Shown: positions 58,765-64,000 of the stretch, piece by piece
How positions within the stretch are numbered: position 1 is the first letter of the stretch
Layout of the letters: each line of letters starts with the position of its first letter
IMG/VR virus record: IMGVR_UViG_3300005680_000114
Location: 4,280-68,279 of that record
Source: a virus
Taxonomy: Duplodnaviria; Caudoviricetes
DNA: 64,000 nt
Direction: 5' to 3' (one strand)
Position numbers and translations under genes: made by a program
Notes under the pieces: model-generated
The model's database searches: none
The model's input: only the letters and a program-made list of their open reading frames with translations
Told to the model about the DNA's origin: nothing

Positions 58765-58883
58765 CGTTAGTCACGATGGACCGGCCGCATGGTGCGGTCG
58801 GAACGGAGCGGTTGGGAACCGCATCGGCCGGGCCCGGGACGTCCACTCCCGGGCTCGGCTGTGCAGGACAAAGGAGTTCGGGA

Positions 58884-59105
58884 ATGCTCGTTTTATCTCG
58901 CAAGAAGAACGAACGGATTCGTATCGGCGACGACATCTACATCACAGTCGTCGAGATCAGAGGCGATAAGTGCAGGCTTGGCATTGACGCCCCCAAGGAG
59001 GTCGCCGTTCATCGGGAAGAGGTCGCCGTCGCGATCGAGGAAGAGGCTCGGCAGAAGCGACCATCTACAGATAGCCACGGGACGGAGCCCGGCATCCATG
59101 AGTAA
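58884..59105 (+). CDS. csrA: Carbon storage regulator CsrA
   Basis: MLVLSRKKNERIRIGDDIYITVVEIRGDKCRLGIDAPKEVAVHREEV. Confidence 0.96.
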   Translation: MLVLSRKKNERIRIGDDIYITVVEIRGDKCRLGIDAPKEVAVHREEVAVAIEEEARQKRPSTDSHGTEPGIHE

Positions 59106-59940
59106 CGCCCGCCGCTGGCAATGCGATCTCAAGACGTACCACGCCGACAAGACGGCCGTGTCCCATAGCGGGCTCGACTTGGTGCTCGACGATCCGGCCG
59201 AGTTCTATCACGAACGTCTCGCGGGAAACGAACGCGAGTCAAAGCCGTGGTTCGAAGAGGGCCAATCGCTTGAAGACGCATTGCTCGGCGGCGACGGTCC
59301 GCTCGGCAGCAACCTCGTCGTCATTCCGGAAGACGTGCTCGACGCCCGCGGCGCCCGCAGCGGTGCGAAGTGGAAGAAGTTCGAAGCCGCGAACAAGGGC
59401 AAGATGCTGCTCAAAGCCGACGACGACATCGTGCGGCAAGTGCAAGAGATCCTGCGCCACGACGCCGCCCGCGAACTATTCGAGGCCGAAGGCACGAAGC
59501 AAGAGACGATCGTCTGGCACAACGACAAGCACGGCGTCGACGTCCGTGCCCGCTTCGACTTCATCCACATTGGCGCGGAAGTCGTCGTCGACCTGAAGAG
59601 CACGCGGACCGCCGCGACGCTGCAGGACTGTTCCAACGAGTCGGCCAAGTGGGGTTATCACCGGCAGGCCGCGCTCTATAGCGAAGCGGTCGAAGAGTTC
59701 TACGGGATCCGCCCGCACTTCATTTTCGTGTTCTCGTCGAAGAAAGCGCCGACGTATCGCGTGCAGACTTTCGAGCTCAGTGAAGAGTTTCTCGAGATCG
59801 GTGCGCAGCAAAACGATGAAGCCTTGGCGACGTACGCCGAGTGCCGACGAACCGGCTTGTGGCTTCCGAAGGAGCACGGCCGCATCAAGACCGTTCCCCC
59901 ACCCGCTTACCTACGTTTCTGGAAATCTTGGAGAGCTTAG
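59098..59940 (+). CDS. PD-(D/E)XK exonuclease (RecE/ExoVIII, DUF3799-like)
   Basis: YHAD..VSHSGL; RARFDF; VVDLKST; YHRQAALY. Confidence 0.9.
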   Translation: MSNARRWQCDLKTYHADKTAVSHSGLDLVLDDPAEFYHERLAGNERESKPWFEEGQSLEDALLGGDGPLGSNLVVIPEDVLDARGARSGAKWKKFEAANKGKMLLKADDDIVRQVQEILRHDAARELFEAEGTKQETIVWHNDKHGVDVRARFDFIHIGAEVVVDLKSTRTAATLQDCSNESAKWGYHRQAALYSEAVEEFYGIRPHFIFVFSSKKAPTYRVQTFELSEEFLEIGAQQNDEALATYAECRRTGLWLPKEHGRIKTVPPPAYLRFWKSWRA

Positions 59941-59942
59941 TC

Positions 59943-61082
59943 ATGTCCGAACCACTCGAAGGCGAATATCTCGAGCGCGAAGTTGATAGCGGCGCTGCGC
60001 TGATGGCCATCAACTCGAGCGAGATCAATCAGCAGATTGTGACCGCCAAGAAGTTCCCGCGTTCCATCAAAGAGTTCGTCCGCGAAGCTACCGAAATGGC
60101 GACGCTTAGCGAACAGGTTGCGATGGAGTGCATGTATTCGCTGAAGCGCAAAGACAAAGACGGCTCGGTCAAAGTAATCGAGGGGCCAAGCGCCCGCATG
60201 GCCGAGATCGTTGCATCTGCGTGGGGTAACTGCCGGGCCGGTGCTCGCGTCATCGCCGAAGACGATCGATTCGTCACGGCTCAAGGAGCGTTCATCGATC
60301 TGCAACGCAACGTCGCGATCACGTACGAAGTTAAACGCCGCATCAGCGGTAAGTACGGCAAGTTCTCCGACGACATGATCGGCGTCACCGCCAATGCCGC
60401 TTGCTCGATCGCGCTACGCAACGCCGTGTTTAAGGGCGTGCCGAAAGCGTTCTGGAACGAGATCTTTCAAAAGGCCCGGCAGACGGCCATCGGCGACTCG
60501 AAGAGTTTGGCCAAACGTCGCGGCGACATGCTGGCCGCGTTCGGCAAGATGGGCGTGTCGGCAGATGAAGTCTACGCGTATCTCGGCGTGCCGGGTGAAG
60601 CCGATATTTCCCTCGATCATATCGGGCTGCTGATCGGCGTGTATCAAGCCATCAAGGAAGGCGAGACGGACGTCGACCAAACCTTCCGCCCGAAGACGCA
60701 AGAAGCCGGCAACGTCGGCGATTCGTCTGTCGGATCCAAGTTCGGCAAAGGCAAGACCGACACCCAAGGCGATGCCGGCAAGCAAGGTGAAGGCCAAGGC
60801 ACCGCCGGCAACAACGCGGCCGCTTCCGGATCGGCCGGCACGAACAACGATGTTCAATTCGACAAAGCGGCCATCGGCAAAGAGTTCGACCTGTGCAAGT
60901 CGAAGACTTCCGCCAAGTCCATATATGACCGTATGTGCGGACCGGAGTCGACGCTGACCGACGATCAGCGTGCGATCGTCACGAACCTGTACGAAATGGC
61001 GACGGCCCGCATTCAAAAGGCCGCCGACGAAGCGGGGAAGAAGACCAAGCCCGGCGAGCAAAAGAATCTCGTCGATAACTAA
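59943..61082 (+). CDS. Putative single-strand annealing / recombination protein
   Basis: Directly after the exonuclease; SEINQQIVTAKKFPRS..IEGPSARMAE..WGN; disordered C-tail. Confidence 0.6.
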   Translation: MSEPLEGEYLEREVDSGAALMAINSSEINQQIVTAKKFPRSIKEFVREATEMATLSEQVAMECMYSLKRKDKDGSVKVIEGPSARMAEIVASAWGNCRAGARVIAEDDRFVTAQGAFIDLQRNVAITYEVKRRISGKYGKFSDDMIGVTANAACSIALRNAVFKGVPKAFWNEIFQKARQTAIGDSKSLAKRRGDMLAAFGKMGVSADEVYAYLGVPGEADISLDHIGLLIGVYQAIKEGETDVDQTFRPKTQEAGNVGDSSVGSKFGKGKTDTQGDAGKQGEGQGTAGNNAAASGSAGTNNDVQFDKAAIGKEFDLCKSKTSAKSIYDRMCGPESTLTDDQRAIVTNLYEMATARIQKAADEAGKKTKPGEQKNLVDN

Positions 61083-61155
61083 TCCCGCGCGCTGCGCTGA
61101 CCATCTGTAGATTTTCATTTAGCCCGATAGCCCAAGTTCTGAAAGGATTCGAGTC

Positions 61156-62658
61156 ATGTCCGACGTAGTGATTGAGAACGTGAGTTGCATCAAGTCCTTT
61201 ACGCTGCACATTCCCGACGATATGCCGGGCGGTGCGATCGTCCTGAAGGGTACCAACGGAGCCGGCAAGACGACGACGATCGACGTCATCAACGCGCTCA
61301 TCAGCGGCAAGGGTTCGCTGAGCGTGCGCGATCGCGCCAAGAAAGGTAAAGTCGAAGGGCTCGGCGGCGAAGTCTCCGTCGGCAAAACCACCCGCCGCAG
61401 CGGCGAAGTTGAAGTCGCCGCGCTGGACGTCAGCCGTTTTGATCTTGAAGACTTGGTCAACCCCCGCGACGTCGGCGAGAAGCCGCGGCACGCCCGCCGC
61501 CTGAAGGCCCTGATTGGTTTGGCCGGCGTCGAAGCCAACGCCGAGATCTTCTACAAGCTGGTCGGCGGGCAAGAAAAGCTCGAGGCCATGGTGCCGCCGG
61601 AAAAGCTCAAGACGAAGGATCTCGTCGAGCTCGCCGCCGCCGTGAAGAAGGGCATCGACGAAGCGGCACGCCAAGCCGAGTCGGCCCGAGATCACGCCGC
61701 CCAGCACGAACAGTCGAAGATGGAGGCGTCGCAAGGCGTCGACATCAATCTGCCGTCGGACGCCGAAGCCCTGCAGGCCGCGTTGATCGAAGCGTCGAAC
61801 AAGCACGCCACGCTCAAGGCCCAGGCCACGACGTACGAACAGGCCAAGTCCACGGCGAACGTCGCATCGGCCAAGCTGGACGAATTCACGAAGACGGCGC
61901 CCGACGTCGAAGCTGCTCGCAAGTCGTTCCTCGAGGCGGTCGACGCCGTCGAGAAGGCCAAGACGCTGATCGAGCAAATCGACAGCAAGATCAAGGCCCT
62001 GCAGGTGGATCTCGAAAAGGCGAAGGCCAGCGAGCAAGCCTTCCGCGATACGGCCGAAGCGCGTCAGCAAGCGCTCGAGTCCGCCAACTCCGCGCACGAA
62101 GCCGCTGCGGAATGGAAGAAGCAAATCGCCGCCGTCGAGAAGCTGCCGAACCCGACCAACGAAGAGCTCGTCGCTGCCGCCAAGGCCGAAGCCGATGCCA
62201 AGGCCGCGCAAGAAATGGGCGTGAAGGTCCGCGCCGCGGCCGAAGCTCTCGAAAAAGCCGGCGAGTTCGCCGCTCAGAAGGAACGCAAGGCGAAGGAAGC
62301 CGAGACGCTGCGCGAAATGGCGAAGAAGGTCGACGACGTGTTGACCGAACAGATTCCCGCCGGCGCGTTGCGGATCGAATCGGATACGTTCGTCGTCGAC
62401 AACGAACGCGGCGAAGGCGTGCCGTTCGATGAATGCTCAGACGGCCAGCGTTACGCCGTCGCGATTCCGTATGCCGTCAACGCCGTGGGCGAAGGCGGCA
62501 TCATCTGTCTCACGCAACGCGCTTGGCAGGATCTCAGTCCGGCCAACAAGCTCGCCGTCGCCAAGTGCGCACGCGAAGCGAAAGTCTGGATCGTCACCGG
62601 CGAAGTCGCCGACGGCGAGTTGCGACAAGAAGTCGTCAGCCCTTCGGCTGCGGCTTAA
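61156..62658 (+). CDS. SMC/SbcC-like coiled-coil ATPase
   Basis: IENVSCI; Walker A GTNGAGKTT; long coiled-coil; degenerate signature CSDGQ. Confidence 0.82.
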   Translation: MSDVVIENVSCIKSFTLHIPDDMPGGAIVLKGTNGAGKTTTIDVINALISGKGSLSVRDRAKKGKVEGLGGEVSVGKTTRRSGEVEVAALDVSRFDLEDLVNPRDVGEKPRHARRLKALIGLAGVEANAEIFYKLVGGQEKLEAMVPPEKLKTKDLVELAAAVKKGIDEAARQAESARDHAAQHEQSKMEASQGVDINLPSDAEALQAALIEASNKHATLKAQATTYEQAKSTANVASAKLDEFTKTAPDVEAARKSFLEAVDAVEKAKTLIEQIDSKIKALQVDLEKAKASEQAFRDTAEARQQALESANSAHEAAAEWKKQIAAVEKLPNPTNEELVAAAKAEADAKAAQEMGVKVRAAAEALEKAGEFAAQKERKAKEAETLREMAKKVDDVLTEQIPAGALRIESDTFVVDNERGEGVPFDECSDGQRYAVAIPYAVNAVGEGGIICLTQRAWQDLSPANKLAVAKCAREAKVWIVTGEVADGELRQEVVSPSAAA

Positions 62659-62804
62659 CGGTACAGCACGGCGCAAGCCGTGGTCTGGCTGCTGACCCGA
62701 CAGTACGGAGTTTCACGACTCCTTAATTACGGCATGCGGTGCTCGGGGGTATTCCGCTGCCGGTGGTTCGACCACGAACCGACCCTTGGTGGTGAATCGT
62801 GGCA

Positions 62805-62856
62805 GGGCCGATGGTCATTCGCATTGTCGATCGCGGGTTCGACTCCCGTAGGCCCA
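62805..62856 (+). ncRNA. tRNA-like minihelix (acceptor stem + T-arm, no D-arm)
   Basis: GGGCC...GGCCC-A closing stem; T-arm GCGGG-TTCGACT-CCCGT; only ~21 nt between the stems. Confidence 0.35.
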
Positions 62857-62888
62857 CTGGTTTTTTACTTCAGCACGGAGAGCACGAC

Positions 62889-63848
62889 ATGAAAGCGAAA
62901 TGGATCCGCCTTGCAATCGCCAAGAAGGTAAACGAATGGCTCGCATCGATCACCGATGAGAAGCTGCGCGAGCAAGTCAAAGACAACGTCATCGTTACCG
63001 GCGGTTGCATCGTGTCGATGCTGCTCGGCGACAAGGTCAATGACTTCGACCTTTACCTACGGACGCGTGAATGCGCCGTTGAACTGGCGAAGTATTACGT
63101 CGAGAAGTTCAAGAAGAATCCGCCGGCCCGTTTCAAGCACAAAGACAAGTGCGTCGGCATCTGGGTCGACGACTCCGAAGACGATCGCGTGAAGATCCAT
63201 ATCAAGTCGGCGGGCGTCACCGGCGAAAGCGGCAGCAGTGAGTACCAGTATTTCGAAGGCGTGCCCGGCGACGAAGCGCAGAACGCTTACCTCGACGATG
63301 TGATGCGCGAAGAGGAATCGCACGCCGATCCGGCTGACGTGAAGGACGCGGCGAAAGAGGACGTCAAAGACGAAGGCGAGAAGTATCGGCCGATCTTCCT
63401 CACGGCCAACTGCATCACGCTATCGCACAAGGTGCAAGTCATCTTCCGGTTCTTCGGTGAGCCCGATCAGATTCACACGAATTACGACTTCGTACATTGC
63501 ACCTGCTATTGGGACTCGAAGACGCGGGAATTGAAGCTCCCGCCGGCGGCGCTCGAAGCCATCCTCGCTAAGGATCTTCGCTATCTCGGCGGCTCGCTCT
63601 ATCCGATCTGTGCGATGGTCCGGATCCGCAAGTTCCTGAAACGCGGCTGGAACATCACGGCCGGGCAGATGCTCAAGATTGCGCACGGCATTAACGCGCT
63701 GGACTTGGACGACATCAACGTCCTCGAAGATCAGCTAATCGGCGTCGACACCGCTTACTTCGTGCAACTGATCGCCATGTTGCGGCAGCACGACGCGAAC
63801 AAGGTCGACTCGGCGTACCTGATGGAAGTCATCGACCGCATTTTCTAA
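62889..63848 (+). CDS. Phage nucleotidyltransferase (Pol-beta superfamily; tRNA-NTase/PolyA-pol-like)
   Basis: VIVTGGCIVSMLL.DKVNDFDLY (GG..DxD); YDFVHC; RIRKFLKRGW. Confidence 0.8.
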   Translation: MKAKWIRLAIAKKVNEWLASITDEKLREQVKDNVIVTGGCIVSMLLGDKVNDFDLYLRTRECAVELAKYYVEKFKKNPPARFKHKDKCVGIWVDDSEDDRVKIHIKSAGVTGESGSSEYQYFEGVPGDEAQNAYLDDVMREEESHADPADVKDAAKEDVKDEGEKYRPIFLTANCITLSHKVQVIFRFFGEPDQIHTNYDFVHCTCYWDSKTRELKLPPAALEAILAKDLRYLGGSLYPICAMVRIRKFLKRGWNITAGQMLKIAHGINALDLDDINVLEDQLIGVDTAYFVQLIAMLRQHDANKVDSAYLMEVIDRIF

Positions 63849-63859
63849 GGGTGACGACC

Positions 63860-64000
63860 ATGCCAAACCAAACCACCCCCAAATGCCCGCTCTGCAAGAC
63901 CGCCAAGTTCGTGCAACTCCAAGGCACGGCTAATCACAACGGCCTGCAGGAGCTCGGCTACTGCGGCAAGTGCGGCAACTCGTTCGACGCCATCGATCCG
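63860..64000 (+). CDS. Zn-ribbon protein (3'-truncated)
   Basis: CPLC...CGKC; frame open to the window end. Confidence 0.55.
   Translation, partial: MPNQTTPKCPLCKTAKFVQLQGTANHNGLQELGYCGKCGNSFDAIDP

Larger units (their letters stand above)
1..64000. mobile_element. Temperate tailed bacteriophage segment (podovirus-like virion module; probable Planctomycetota host)
   Basis: Terminase, portal, capsid, tail/ejection genes, DnaB, RuvC, integrase, XRE repressors and exonuclease/annealing genes are all present. No host housekeeping operons are seen, and phage genes lie on both sides of the integrase. Confidence 0.93.

Overview
The whole window reads as a continuous 64-kb segment of a temperate, probably podovirus-like tailed phage; both ends are open and no host genes are visible. 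The host is probably a Planctomycete (inferred from a DUF1580-type HTH, csrA and planctomycete-style secreted proteins). Modules in order: DNA methylase/replication/RuvC (1-5072); an accessory cassette with a subtilase and a di-haem cytochrome c peroxidase (5155-10907); a leftward block with a serine recombinase, HNH endonucleases, a second methylase and a Ycf46-like AAA/DUF1257/DUF2997/DUF3150 module (10912-23136); a largely non-coding switch region (~21.4-24.2 kb); GroES, a sigma factor and DUF1580 (24234-28825); virion genes (scaffold, capsid, terminase, portal, tail, ejection proteins; 29021-54573); integrase and XRE regulators (54937-57011); and a recombination operon (59098-62658) followed by a nucleotidyltransferase. 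The top finding is a nine-unit array with a 36-nt period and two short unique spacers per unit (57538-57867). It abuts a nuclease-less IS110/Nop-domain gene (57868-58764), so it looks like a TIGR-Tas (TasA-type) RNA-guided DNA-binding system with its own repeat sequence. The second finding is an 18-bp palindrome (GACHATC-N4-GATDGTC) seen 15 times across the window, mostly just upstream of genes. All family assignments come from motif recognition by eye, not database searches.
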